DNA of 61,231 nt from Calditrichia bacterium (GTDB taxonomy: Bacteria > Calditrichota > Calditrichia > RBG-13-44-9 > J075), in assembly GCA_050633245.1 (NCBI GenBank), contig JBOEGD010000003.1:15011-76241 (forward strand), read 5' to 3'. The translations under genes and the position numbers were made by a program. The notes under the pieces were generated by a model. That model was not told the DNA's origin. It ran no database searches and saw only the letters and a list, made by a program, of their open reading frames with translations. This document shows, piece by piece, positions 1-9,651 of this stretch. How positions within the stretch are numbered: position 1 is the stretch's first letter; the number at the start of each line of letters is the position of its first letter.

Positions 1-21
1 CTCTGAACTCTGAACTCTGAA
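1..21. repeat. Heptamer tandem repeat (CTCTGAA)x3 at the window start
   Basis: Sequence reads ctctgaa ctctgaa ctctgaa; probably truncated by the window edge. Confidence 0.85.
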
Positions 22-58
22 CAGAGTAGTGTATCAAACCTTACACCTGACTCCTGAA

Positions 59-1630
59 TTAAATAAAGAAAAAATACGTCACACCCAGGAATATCAGGCC
101 GAGCACCATCACAGAATATAACATGTAGCCAAAGAAGCTCGGCATTTGAATATCAGACTGTTCAGCAATTGACTTCACCATAAAGTTTGGCGCATTTCCA
201 ATATAGGTTAAGGCACCAAAGAAAACAGCACCAGAGCTTATGGCTTCCAGATAAATAGAATTCTCGGCAATTAATTGCGAAACCGCCTCAGTAATCGGCA
301 TACCGGCAAAGAACTGACCGCAGGCTGTATTCAGAAAAACTAAGTAAGTTGGGGCATTGTCCAGAAAACTGGAAAGTCCACCAGTGACCCAAAAGTATTG
401 CCAGGGTTCTTTTACTGCTGCAATAATAAATCCAAGGGTACCTTGCTCACCAGCTCCCAGCATCGCAAGTGCCGGAATAATCGTGATAAAAATACCGGCA
501 AACAATTTGCCAACTTCTTCAATTGGGAACCAGGTAAACTCATTTTCTTCCCGAAAAGATTTCGGCGTTATGCGCAGACTCATTATTCCCATCAAAATAA
601 GAAATGCGTCGCGAATAATATTTTGAATGTCCATATGAATGCCCAGAACGGTTACCTCTCCAAGCTTCACTGATCCACTAAATAAGACCCCGCCGATAAC
701 GCCAAGCAATAAAGGTAAATTGACCAGGCCATGAACTTCTATGCGAATCTTTTTCTCGCTTGCCCGACCTTTTTCATCAATCATTTGAACCTGCTCATCT
801 ATAGCAAAGCCTTCTTCACCGGGTGTAATATCGAGCTCTTCATCCAGTACATGCACTTTTTTATGCCAGCCTTCACGACGATACATGTAGCTATCCCAAA
901 GGTAAAAAACAACCAGCAGAATAGAACCAACAAACAGCATATGCGGCAACAAGTTCATTGTCCAGAAAAAGGGAACACCTTTTAGAAAACCGAGAAATAA
1001 CGGCGGATCGCCCAAAGGAGTCAATGAACCGCCAACATTGGCAACCAGGAAGATAAAAAAGACTATTAGGTGCACTTTCGATTTTCGGAACTTGTTCATC
1101 TTGATATACGGCCGAATCAGAACCATTGCCGCACCAGTTGTGCCAATCCAGGATGCCAGAACCGAACCGACGATCAGCAAAATAGTGTTGGCAATCGGCG
1201 TTCCTGTTGGTGCACCTTTTATCAGAATGCCACCGGAGATGGTATACAGTGCCCAAAGAAGAATAATGAATGGGAAATAGTCCAGAAAATATATGTGAAG
1301 AATCTGGTGAACTGCCTCCTCTCCATAAGCATAAAGAAACGGAACGGCAAATAGGATTGCCCAAAAGGCAGAGACCTTGCCAAAGTTGTGGTGCCACCAG
1401 CGACCAGCAACCAGAGGGAAAATTGCAATCGACAAAAGAATTCCCACAAAAGGAATGACGCTCCAAATGGGTAAAATACTCCCAAGATTGGCGCCTTCTT
1501 TAGCTGCAGGAGCGTCAGTAAGCGACAGTGGCGCATCCGACATTATGCTGGAACTCTCTAGTGCAAATACAGGAGCAATAAGTAATAGAGAATAGATTAC
1601 AAGTAGGAGAAGAGCACTTCTGCGAACCAT
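59..1630 (-). CDS. Putative sodium:proton antiporter (ion transporter/CitMHS-like superfamily)
   Basis: Many TM segments, with ANVGGSLTPLGDPPLFLGFLKGV and SSFLDNAPTY...TYIGNAPNFMVKSIAE motifs. Start placed at the ATG of MVRRSALLL (signal-like); the ORF track starts at 1672. Confidence 0.8.
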   Translation of the reverse strand: MVRRSALLLLVIYSLLLIAPVFALESSSIMSDAPLSLTDAPAAKEGANLGSILPIWSVIPFVGILLSIAIFPLVAGRWWHHNFGKVSAFWAILFAVPFLYAYGEEAVHQILHIYFLDYFPFIILLWALYTISGGILIKGAPTGTPIANTILLIVGSVLASWIGTTGAAMVLIRPYIKMNKFRKSKVHLIVFFIFLVANVGGSLTPLGDPPLFLGFLKGVPFFWTMNLLPHMLFVGSILLVVFYLWDSYMYRREGWHKKVHVLDEELDITPGEEGFAIDEQVQMIDEKGRASEKKIRIEVHGLVNLPLLLGVIGGVLFSGSVKLGEVTVLGIHMDIQNIIRDAFLILMGIMSLRITPKSFREENEFTWFPIEEVGKLFAGIFITIIPALAMLGAGEQGTLGFIIAAVKEPWQYFWVTGGLSSFLDNAPTYLVFLNTACGQFFAGMPITEAVSQLIAENSIYLEAISSGAVFFGALTYIGNAPNFMVKSIAEQSDIQMPSFFGYMLYSVMVLGLIFLGVTYFFFI

Positions 1631-1819
1631 GCAATAACCTTTCTGTTTTGTGTATAATGTATCAATCGGCATGTTTGGTGGATGTTTTAATAATAAAGAT
1701 GCTTATTCATATTTCAAAGGCGAATTCTGAGAAAAGCACTATTGTAACAGCTTGGTTTTTTGCAACTAAGCGTTATTATATATAGTTAATGTTTTCTGCA
1801 AACTTTTACAGGAGCACAA

Positions 1820-3850
1820 ATGAAACCTATTGGCATTATTCTATTTGTTTTAGTCGGCATCCTGCAGCCGCTATTTGCGCAGACCCCTTTGACATGGGAA
1901 AAAATGTTCTCGACTCATCGTATTTCCAGTCCTGCGATTTCACCGGATGGAAAATGGATCGCATATCGCGTTTCAACCTATGAAACCACAGAGAACAAAA
2001 GCAGCAGCGATATTCATCTCGTTTCAAGTGACGGAAAAACACATCGTCGGGCAACCACCGATAGCGGTGCTGAAAGCTCGCCACAATGGTCGCCTGATGC
2101 TAAGATGTTGACATTCCTTTCCTCAAGAGACGGCTCATCACAGGTATATGGTGTATCGCCTGCCGGCGGTGACGCCATCCAACTAACCTCAGTAGCAACC
2201 GGCGTAGATGGCTATCGCTGGTCACCTACTCAAAAGCACATCGCTGTGGTTACCTCTCTTTCGCCAGGCAGCACGCCGGAAACCGCGGCAGAACAAGCTG
2301 CAGCAAAGAAAAAAGTAAACCCCTCCAGTGGCAGACTCTATGATGGACTTTTGTATCGCCATTGGAACCACTGGCGCGACGATACGTTCAGCCAGCTGCT
2401 CGTTGTTTCAATGGAAGATGGAAGCAGCAAACGTGTGACGTTTCCCGAGAGCGACTCTCCGCCTATTTCTCTGGGCAGCGCACGCGACTTCGACTGGCAA
2501 CCCAATGGCGACCAGCTGGCGTTTGTACAAAACACGGATAAGGTTATTGCAACGTCCACGAACAATGATGTCTGGATGGTTGGCAAAGACGGCAGCAAAC
2601 CGAGACGGATAAGTAAAAGTAAGGGCAATGACAACGCTCCCAGATTTTCACCAGACGGAAAGGCTATGGCCTACTTTTCCATGCGGCGCGCAGGATTTGA
2701 GTCTGAACAACAAGATTTGTTTATCTATGAGACATCAGATGGAAAACACACAAACCTTACTGCGAAACTCGATCGCTATGTCAACGATGCAGTATGGTCA
2801 CCGAATTCAAAGAAGCTCTATTTTACTGTTCCCCACCATGGTCGTCATCGATTATATGAAGTAGCGCGTAAAGGAGGCGAGCCCAAGCTACTGCTGGAAA
2901 ACCGCTATATAAGCAATCTGCGAATGAGCCCGAATGGTAAGTTTCTTGTATTACTGCATCAAACCTCACGCAGTCCATACGAAGTCTATCGTTTTGATAT
3001 AAAATCCCGCAATCTCACTCCCCTCACGTCTCACAATGAGGAAGCGCTTTCAAATATTGATATGAATCCAATTGAGGATCATTGGTTTACCGGCGCAAAG
3101 GGAGACAAGGTACATTTAATGGTTATTAAACCGCCGGGATTTGAAAAAGGAAAGCGCTATCCTGTCATTAATCTCATTCATGGCGGTCCGCAGGGGGCAT
3201 GGAGCGATAACTTTCACTATCGATGGAACTCCCAAATGTTCGCGGCACCCGGCTATGTCGTTATCATGATAAATTTTCATGGAAGCCGTGGTTATGGACA
3301 GAAATTTTGCGATGCGGTTAGCAAAGATTGGGGCGGTGCTCCGTTTGAGGATATTATCTCCGGAACACGCTGGGCAATCGCGAATTTTGATTACATCGAC
3401 GCCGATAGGATTGGCGCAGCCGGAGCATCTTATGGCGGCTTCATGATTAACTGGATTGAAGGACATAACCCAGACGGTTTATTCAAGACCCTGGTTTCCC
3501 ATGCCGGCCTTTTTGAGCAGGTTAGTTTCTATGGTGCCACTGAAGAGTTGTGGTTCCCAACATGGGAATTCGGCAAACCTTACTGGGAAGACAGTAGCCT
3601 CTATCAAAAATGGAATCCGGCAAATCACGTCAGCAATTTCAATACGCCGATGCTGGTCATTCATGGTGAGAAAGACTTTCGCGTACCGTACACTCAGGGG
3701 TTACAGCTGTTTACAGCCCTACAGCTACAGGGCGTTGAATCGAAGCTATTGGTTTTCCCCGATGAGGATCATTTTATTCGCAAATCATTAAACGCTGAGT
3801 TCTGGTGGCGTACCGTTCATGAATGGTTTGCAGGACATTTGAAAAACTAA
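1820..3850 (+). CDS. Secreted S9 family peptidase (dipeptidyl/acylaminoacyl peptidase, DPP5-like) with PD40 beta-propeller
   Basis: Signal peptide, WSPDG-type propeller repeats, IHGGPQ, nucleophile GASYGG, HGEKDFRV (Asp) and DEDH (His). RBS AGGAG upstream. Confidence 0.92.
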   Translation: MKPIGIILFVLVGILQPLFAQTPLTWEKMFSTHRISSPAISPDGKWIAYRVSTYETTENKSSSDIHLVSSDGKTHRRATTDSGAESSPQWSPDAKMLTFLSSRDGSSQVYGVSPAGGDAIQLTSVATGVDGYRWSPTQKHIAVVTSLSPGSTPETAAEQAAAKKKVNPSSGRLYDGLLYRHWNHWRDDTFSQLLVVSMEDGSSKRVTFPESDSPPISLGSARDFDWQPNGDQLAFVQNTDKVIATSTNNDVWMVGKDGSKPRRISKSKGNDNAPRFSPDGKAMAYFSMRRAGFESEQQDLFIYETSDGKHTNLTAKLDRYVNDAVWSPNSKKLYFTVPHHGRHRLYEVARKGGEPKLLLENRYISNLRMSPNGKFLVLLHQTSRSPYEVYRFDIKSRNLTPLTSHNEEALSNIDMNPIEDHWFTGAKGDKVHLMVIKPPGFEKGKRYPVINLIHGGPQGAWSDNFHYRWNSQMFAAPGYVVIMINFHGSRGYGQKFCDAVSKDWGGAPFEDIISGTRWAIANFDYIDADRIGAAGASYGGFMINWIEGHNPDGLFKTLVSHAGLFEQVSFYGATEELWFPTWEFGKPYWEDSSLYQKWNPANHVSNFNTPMLVIHGEKDFRVPYTQGLQLFTALQLQGVESKLLVFPDEDHFIRKSLNAEFWWRTVHEWFAGHLKN

Positions 3851-3862
3851 GTTGGTTTAATC

Positions 3863-3896
3863 AAAAAAGCCCGCGATTTAAATCGTGGGCTTTTTT
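3863..3896. terminator. Bidirectional intrinsic terminator
   Basis: AAAAAAGCCCGCGATT-TA-AATCGTGGGCTTTTTT between two convergent genes. Confidence 0.88.
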
Positions 3897-3942
3897 GTAG
3901 TCATGGACCTCTTTATCTATAAGCTATATAGAATACCAGTAT

Positions 3943-4620
3943 TTATTCCTCACCGGACAGCATGAACAACTGCAAGAGTTGAGCAGCAGCCATGATTGTT
4001 GCTGCCACGTAGGTTAGTGCAGCCGCGTTCAGCACTTTCTTCGCACCAACGACCTCATCACTCGAGAGCATCCCGAAACCAGCTAATTGCTTCATAGCGC
4101 GCTTACTTGCATCAAACTCAACGGGTAATGTAATCACTTGAAAAAGGACAACAGCGGCAAAGAATGCAATCCCTAAGGTCATTAATGAGGTAACCTGGAA
4201 GAAAAGGCCTGCAAGAAACAGTGGAACATACAACATTGAACCAAAGTTGGTTACGGGCAGTATAGCTGTGCGAATCTCAAGTGGTTTATAACTATTTGCG
4301 TGCTGGATTGCATGTCCTACCTCATGTGCGGCGATACTCACAGCAGCCAGAGAGCTACCCTGGAAATTTGCAGACGATAGTCGAACCGTTTTATCACGCG
4401 GATCATAGTGATCACTCAGTTCACCGGCCACTTCTTCAACGGCAACATCAGTTAACCCATTTTGCTGCAGCAAGTAAACTGCGGCATCATGCCCATTTAT
4501 TCGCTTTTCATTACCAACTTTACTGTATTTTTTATAAGCATTTTTTACTTTATACTGTGCGTAAAGCCCTAGCAAAAATGCAGGAATCAATAACAACGTT
4601 GTGGGATGAAATAAAAACAT
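3943..4620 (-). CDS. Membrane zinc metallopeptidase, YugP/Zn_peptidase_2 family
   Basis: LSDHYDP, AAHEVGHAIQH (HExxH), TLPVEFDASKRA, VLNAAALTYVAA. Confidence 0.9.
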   Translation of the reverse strand: MFLFHPTTLLLIPAFLLGLYAQYKVKNAYKKYSKVGNEKRINGHDAAVYLLQQNGLTDVAVEEVAGELSDHYDPRDKTVRLSSANFQGSSLAAVSIAAHEVGHAIQHANSYKPLEIRTAILPVTNFGSMLYVPLFLAGLFFQVTSLMTLGIAFFAAVVLFQVITLPVEFDASKRAMKQLAGFGMLSSDEVVGAKKVLNAAALTYVAATIMAAAQLLQLFMLSGEE

Positions 4621-4840
4621 ATCTCTAATCCTCCTTATACTCTATTTCTTTCAGAAGGCATCTCGTCTCTACAGAGTGCCTAATTTTATTTTCATGCTGT
4701 AAAAAAACTATTTTAAAAAGCCCTGCACACCTCCTTTTTCGTCGCTTAAATTAGATGCGACATCCTTAGAAAGTGTTACGAAAATCTGCATTTAAGGTTT
4801 CTTAAAATCGGCAATAACATCTGGAAACGAAGGGAAATAA

Positions 4841-5602
4841 ATGAAGCTTATATCTTGGAATGTTAACGGAATCCGCGCTGTATTAAAAAAGGGGTTCCTG
4901 GACTTTGTTGCCAAAGAGAAACCAGACATACTTTGTCTTCAGGAAGTGAAAGCCATGAAGGAACAGGTAGAGCTTGAACTTCCCGGATATGAGCAATTTT
5001 GGAACTCTGCAGTTAAGAAGGGATATTCCGGTGTGGCAATATTTTCAAGAATTACGCCACTTTCTGTTCAGAATGGTTTGGGGATAGAAGAACATGATCA
5101 GGAAGGCCGTGTACTGACGCTGGAGTTTGAGGATTATTATGTAGTGAATGTATATACCCCGAACTCGAAGCGAGAACTGTTGCGCCTGCAATACCGCACG
5201 GAAGAGTGGGACGTAGCGTTTCTAAATCATGTCAAATCTCTGGAGGAGAATAAACCCGTTATATTTTGCGGCGATTTAAATGTCGCACATACTGAAATCG
5301 ATCTTGCCAACCCCAAAACCAACCGTAAAAATGCCGGCTTCACCGATCAGGAACGGGAAAGCTTTGATAATATTATAGCTGCCGGCTTCATTGATACCTT
5401 CAGGGAATTTGAATCGGAAGGTGGTCATTACTCCTGGTGGAGCTATATGGGCGGCGCAAGAGCACGGAACGTAGGCTGGAGAATTGACTATTTCTGTATA
5501 TCTCAGGCGCTCCGTCCGCGATTGAAAAGTGCTTATATTCTACCCGATGTCATGGGGTCAGATCACTGTCCTGTGGCCATTGATCTAACGCCGGGGAATT
5601 GA
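4841..5602 (+). CDS. xth: Exodeoxyribonuclease III / AP endonuclease
   Basis: [29 protein letters not shown] and GSDHCP motifs. Confidence 0.95.
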   Translation: MKLISWNVNGIRAVLKKGFLDFVAKEKPDILCLQEVKAMKEQVELELPGYEQFWNSAVKKGYSGVAIFSRITPLSVQNGLGIEEHDQEGRVLTLEFEDYYVVNVYTPNSKRELLRLQYRTEEWDVAFLNHVKSLEENKPVIFCGDLNVAHTEIDLANPKTNRKNAGFTDQERESFDNIIAAGFIDTFREFESEGGHYSWWSYMGGARARNVGWRIDYFCISQALRPRLKSAYILPDVMGSDHCPVAIDLTPGN

Positions 5603-5766
5603 TCATCCAACATATTCGCAGCTGGAGTCATCTGGTTGCGACATATATATTTGCGCAAAAAAAAACATTCTGGTTCTGCCCGCATTATCACGCAATGATT
5701 CTTACAAGGCGAACACATTTAGCTCATATTAGTTGTATCGTCCCATAAGACACGAAGTGGTTTATC

Positions 5767-6597
5767 ATGCTAAACAAATATTTAGTCGGCTTTGTACTGG
5801 TTCTATTTTTGCAACAGGGCGGCTTGACAAACAATTGCAAGGATGGGGATGTATGCATTTTTGTCGAAAAAAAGTTTGAACGCATCGATGTATATGTCAA
5901 AAACGACAAAGCTGTCGATGTTACAATGACTATAGATGTTTTTCGAGACAACCTGTTTCCAACAAAACAACTGCCATTAACAGATACTTTTCGCGGTAAA
6001 ACGACAACTCTAGCATTCCGTCTTCACGTTGATGATCCACAGATTAAGTGGAAATATCAATACAAGTGGAGTTGGACACGTGGCAATATTTATGCAGAGC
6101 ACGATAATAGCTATGTTTACAGACTTCCCTATGCCAAAGGCCAGGCAGCTCGGGTTCTTCAGGGTTATCACGGCTCACTAAGCCATTCTGGCGATGATAC
6201 CTATACCATAGACTTTGATCTCGCAGTAGGCAGCTCAATTTTTGCTGCACGTGACGGAGTTGTTGTTGATGTTAAGGAGAATTCTAATAGTGGTGGCGAC
6301 AGTCGTGACTTCGTTATGAAGGGAAATTATATCGTCATCAAGCACATTGATAATACAATCGCAGAGTACTTCCATCTTATGCATAACGGAGCAGCGGTAG
6401 AAGTTGGACAAATTGTAAAGCGTGGACAGCATATCGGCTACTCTGGAAATACCGGCTTTTCGAATACTCCCCATCTGCACTTCGGTGTTTATAAATCAGT
6501 AGACGGTGACAAACGTGAATCTATTCCGGTGCGCTTCAAAACCAGCCAGTCCATCATGCGCAATCCCGTTGTTGGTTACTACTACATTGCCGAATAA
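5767..6597 (+). CDS. M23 family metallopeptidase
   Basis: Signal peptide; H...IDF, AARDGVV, GYSGNTGFSNTPHLHF (HxH). Confidence 0.9.
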   Translation: MLNKYLVGFVLVLFLQQGGLTNNCKDGDVCIFVEKKFERIDVYVKNDKAVDVTMTIDVFRDNLFPTKQLPLTDTFRGKTTTLAFRLHVDDPQIKWKYQYKWSWTRGNIYAEHDNSYVYRLPYAKGQAARVLQGYHGSLSHSGDDTYTIDFDLAVGSSIFAARDGVVVDVKENSNSGGDSRDFVMKGNYIVIKHIDNTIAEYFHLMHNGAAVEVGQIVKRGQHIGYSGNTGFSNTPHLHFGVYKSVDGDKRESIPVRFKTSQSIMRNPVVGYYYIAE

Positions 6598-6607
6598 CCG
6601 TCAAGAG

Positions 6608-8566
6608 CTATAATGTAACAGAGAGCTGCAGGTAATAATTTAAGTCCAGCTGTCCACCCAGCGGATGAACACGTTGTTCATCGTTAAATAAATTTTGCAT
6701 TATCAGACTCCCTCGCAATCGCCTCTTCCAAAAGTGTTTATGCAGAGCAATGTCTGAAGTAAGAAACGATTTTGTGGACGCAGCAAACGGTTTTCCCAGG
6801 ACGTCATACTGTTTCCAAAATGTAGCCGCACGATAGTTCATTGCAGACTGAATTGTAAAGTTCTCAACCGGGCGCCAGTTTATCTCGACACGCGCATGTC
6901 GCTCCGGAATTTCCTTCTGCCGTTGGCGAAATAGAGATGTTCCATCAATAACACCATAATAGCGATAGCTTCCACGCACATTCCACTTTCCCGCAAATGA
7001 AGTAGAGGCTTTCAGCGCCATGCCGGCGAGACGGCCGCGCTGTTCATGCACTAAAGTTATGTCTCCGGCAGTTAATCGCGGACCATTATATGTGTACTCT
7101 TGTTCAGAAATAGTTAAATTTGCCAACGATCGATAAAACCCTTCGGCACGCAGCTGAATTTTTTTAAAGATCGCTGTTTGCCAACTGCCATCAAAGGTTA
7201 TGGTGCGACTTTTACCGGCTATGCCATCTTCGAAAAGCTCCACTCCATTCGCCTGAAGCAAACGCAGCTGTTGATCCTGCCAAAACCACAGGTCGTTATT
7301 TTCCGAGAGGAGCCGCTCGGAATAACTCAATTGAAGCTCAATCTGCTGTCTCTTGACGTTGCCGGTAACCCCGGTAGCCAGCTTCAGCGAACTTTGATTA
7401 TTATTCGTTGTTAGTTGTCCTTGCGTTGCCTGGCGAAATCCACGGAAGGGCTTTAGAACGACAGAGGCAAAGATTGCACTGGTGGTGTAGTTGTCCGCTC
7501 CGAAAAAATAACCACTGGAAGGCTCAGCTCGCTGCCAGAGCACACCGACTGTCGCCCGATAGTTCTTCCGTTTTAAAAGACTTTCCAGGCTCGCATGAGC
7601 AACATCCAGCTCCCAATCGATACGTCTCACTAATGGTGCTTCGACTTCTTCAAAAATACGATCTCGCGAAAGTCGCAGCTTATACCTTAAAACCATTGTC
7701 GTGTCTGCCCCGACTTCACCAGATAATCCAGAGCTCGTAGCGATACGGGTGGTAGGAATTTCTCCTCCCAAGGGAGCAAAGAATAAAGGATTGCTACCAT
7801 TCAACTTATTCCCTGCAAAGCCACGCGTGCTGTTGTGCAGTAACAGAAATTTATGAGATCCTCCAAACGCCGGAAAATTTATCTGGAGTGACGGAAGATA
7901 ACGCCTCAACCAAAGATCTGAGTTGGCCCGACCGGGGTTTCGCTCGCGAAGACGCCCATCCGTTGAATAATGGTTTTGATCGAGAAGGCCGGCACGAAGA
8001 GCAATTTTACCATAGCGGTAAGACAGGAAGTTCGAATAATCCGGTCCAACCCGATCAATATTGCGTGAACTGCGTTCAGTAAAGATAAATGGACCCGGAT
8101 CACCGGTTTCATTACCATACCAAGTGAGATTGGAATAGGAAAATCCCTGTTTGGGAACAGACGTATGAATGTGGATTAGCCCGCGATCGGAAAAGCGGGA
8201 GTGCACCAATTGCGGTGTTGAGAAGAACTCGACAGAATCGATCATAGCAATACCGACCGGAAGTGCATTGAGATCTATTGCCGTCAGAACGCCGAGATAA
8301 ACAGGTTGACCGTCGACTAATACTTCCCAGTGTTGGTTCTCGAAGCTGGCAAGGTTTCCGGCGGTTAACTGCTCTACATAGTCATCAACAGATGTGGCGT
8401 ACCAATCATCTACAAGCCTAAGAAGCCCAGTCATTCGCAGGATACCGGCTTCGCGAATCTGATCTGCACTTATCACCTGTCTTCCCAGCTTACCGGTCAA
8501 CGGTTGCGCAAATGAAGAGGCCCCAAGCAGGACGATACAAAGGAATAGTATAGCATGCTTATTCAC
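6608..8566 (-). CDS. TonB-dependent receptor-like outer-membrane protein
   Basis: Signal peptide, plug-like N-terminus (VISADQI...VLVDG...IDSVE), beta-strand-rich C-terminus with NLFN and a terminal beta-signal-like YLQLSVTL. GTG start. Confidence 0.7.
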   Translation of the reverse strand: MNKHAILFLCIVLLGASSFAQPLTGKLGRQVISADQIREAGILRMTGLLRLVDDWYATSVDDYVEQLTAGNLASFENQHWEVLVDGQPVYLGVLTAIDLNALPVGIAMIDSVEFFSTPQLVHSRFSDRGLIHIHTSVPKQGFSYSNLTWYGNETGDPGPFIFTERSSRNIDRVGPDYSNFLSYRYGKIALRAGLLDQNHYSTDGRLRERNPGRANSDLWLRRYLPSLQINFPAFGGSHKFLLLHNSTRGFAGNKLNGSNPLFFAPLGGEIPTTRIATSSGLSGEVGADTTMVLRYKLRLSRDRIFEEVEAPLVRRIDWELDVAHASLESLLKRKNYRATVGVLWQRAEPSSGYFFGADNYTTSAIFASVVLKPFRGFRQATQGQLTTNNNQSSLKLATGVTGNVKRQQIELQLSYSERLLSENNDLWFWQDQQLRLLQANGVELFEDGIAGKSRTITFDGSWQTAIFKKIQLRAEGFYRSLANLTISEQEYTYNGPRLTAGDITLVHEQRGRLAGMALKASTSFAGKWNVRGSYRYYGVIDGTSLFRQRQKEIPERHARVEINWRPVENFTIQSAMNYRAATFWKQYDVLGKPFAASTKSFLTSDIALHKHFWKRRLRGSLIMQNLFNDEQRVHPLGGQLDLNYYLQLSVTL

Positions 8567-8602
8567 TAGAAAAATCTTTCTAAGCTAGGCAGTGTAATAA
8601 AG

Positions 8603-9589
8603 TTAGATTATTTCGCGCTGGCATAGTTTATTGAGTTGTCTCAGATTAGCATCTCTTCCAATTGCAATCATCCTGTCGCGACGTTGAATAACAGTTTCAG
8701 GAGTTGGGTTGTATAGAAAATTATCTCCTGCGCGAAAAATAGCAACCACAATTATATCAAGGGGTTTGCAGACAGCCTTCCCCAATGCACTGCCAATCAG
8801 ATCTGACTCTGTGCCGACAATAACTTCTTCCATCTTTAAGTCGACGCCTTTTTCGCGACGGACGAGGTCAATAAAGTCGACCACGCCGGGCTGCAAAAGT
8901 AGGCCAACCATTCGAGCGGCACCAATTTCATAGGGTTTTAGAATACGATTGGCTCCCGCCCGACGCAACTTGATATCCGTATCTTCGTTCACCGCTCTCG
9001 TTACAACAAAAAGATCTGCATTTAACACGCGCGCCGACAGAGTAGCAAATACATTATCTGCATCCGTTGAAAGTACCGCCATCATACCCTTCGCTCGTTC
9101 GATACCGGCATCCTTTAAAACAGCATCCTGGGTTGCGTCTCCCTCCAAATAGGTATAGCCAAGGCTTTCCAGGGCTTCAACCCGCTGCGGATCGAGCTCG
9201 ATAACAACAAAGGGTAGTTTGCGTTCACTCAACTCTGCACAAATCGGCTTACCCAGCCTGCCAAAACCGCAAATGATATAATGACTCGACAGTTTTTCGA
9301 TTTTCTTCATCATGCGATTTCTCCGAAAGCGTTTTACATCAAGCAGCCATTGGGCTGTTGAACCGGCAATATAACCTGCAACACCAACACCAGACATTAT
9401 AAGAAGAATAGTGAGCACACGGCCTGCAGGGGAAAGCGGTCTTACTTCACCAAAACCGGTAGTCGTTATCGTTATAATGGTCATATAAAATGAATCGAGA
9501 AGCCCCCATCCCTCAAGAAATGCATAGCCGACGGTGCCGGTGAATTGAGTGATAAATAAAAATATAAATGCAGATTTCAATTGTCGCAT
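8603..9589 (-). CDS. Potassium channel protein with TrkA-N/TrkA-C (RCK) domains
   Basis: Pore filter TITTTGFGE, Rossmann motif ICGFGRLG, GDAT, and a C-terminal TrkA-C domain. Confidence 0.9.
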   Translation of the reverse strand: MRQLKSAFIFLFITQFTGTVGYAFLEGWGLLDSFYMTIITITTTGFGEVRPLSPAGRVLTILLIMSGVGVAGYIAGSTAQWLLDVKRFRRNRMMKKIEKLSSHYIICGFGRLGKPICAELSERKLPFVVIELDPQRVEALESLGYTYLEGDATQDAVLKDAGIERAKGMMAVLSTDADNVFATLSARVLNADLFVVTRAVNEDTDIKLRRAGANRILKPYEIGAARMVGLLLQPGVVDFIDLVRREKGVDLKMEEVIVGTESDLIGSALGKAVCKPLDIIVVAIFRAGDNFLYNPTPETVIQRRDRMIAIGRDANLRQLNKLCQREII

Positions 9590-9651
9590 TGTTTTTTCGC
9601 AGCTTCATTTATAAGTTCCTTAAATATACGGCAATTGCAGCCCCGCCAACA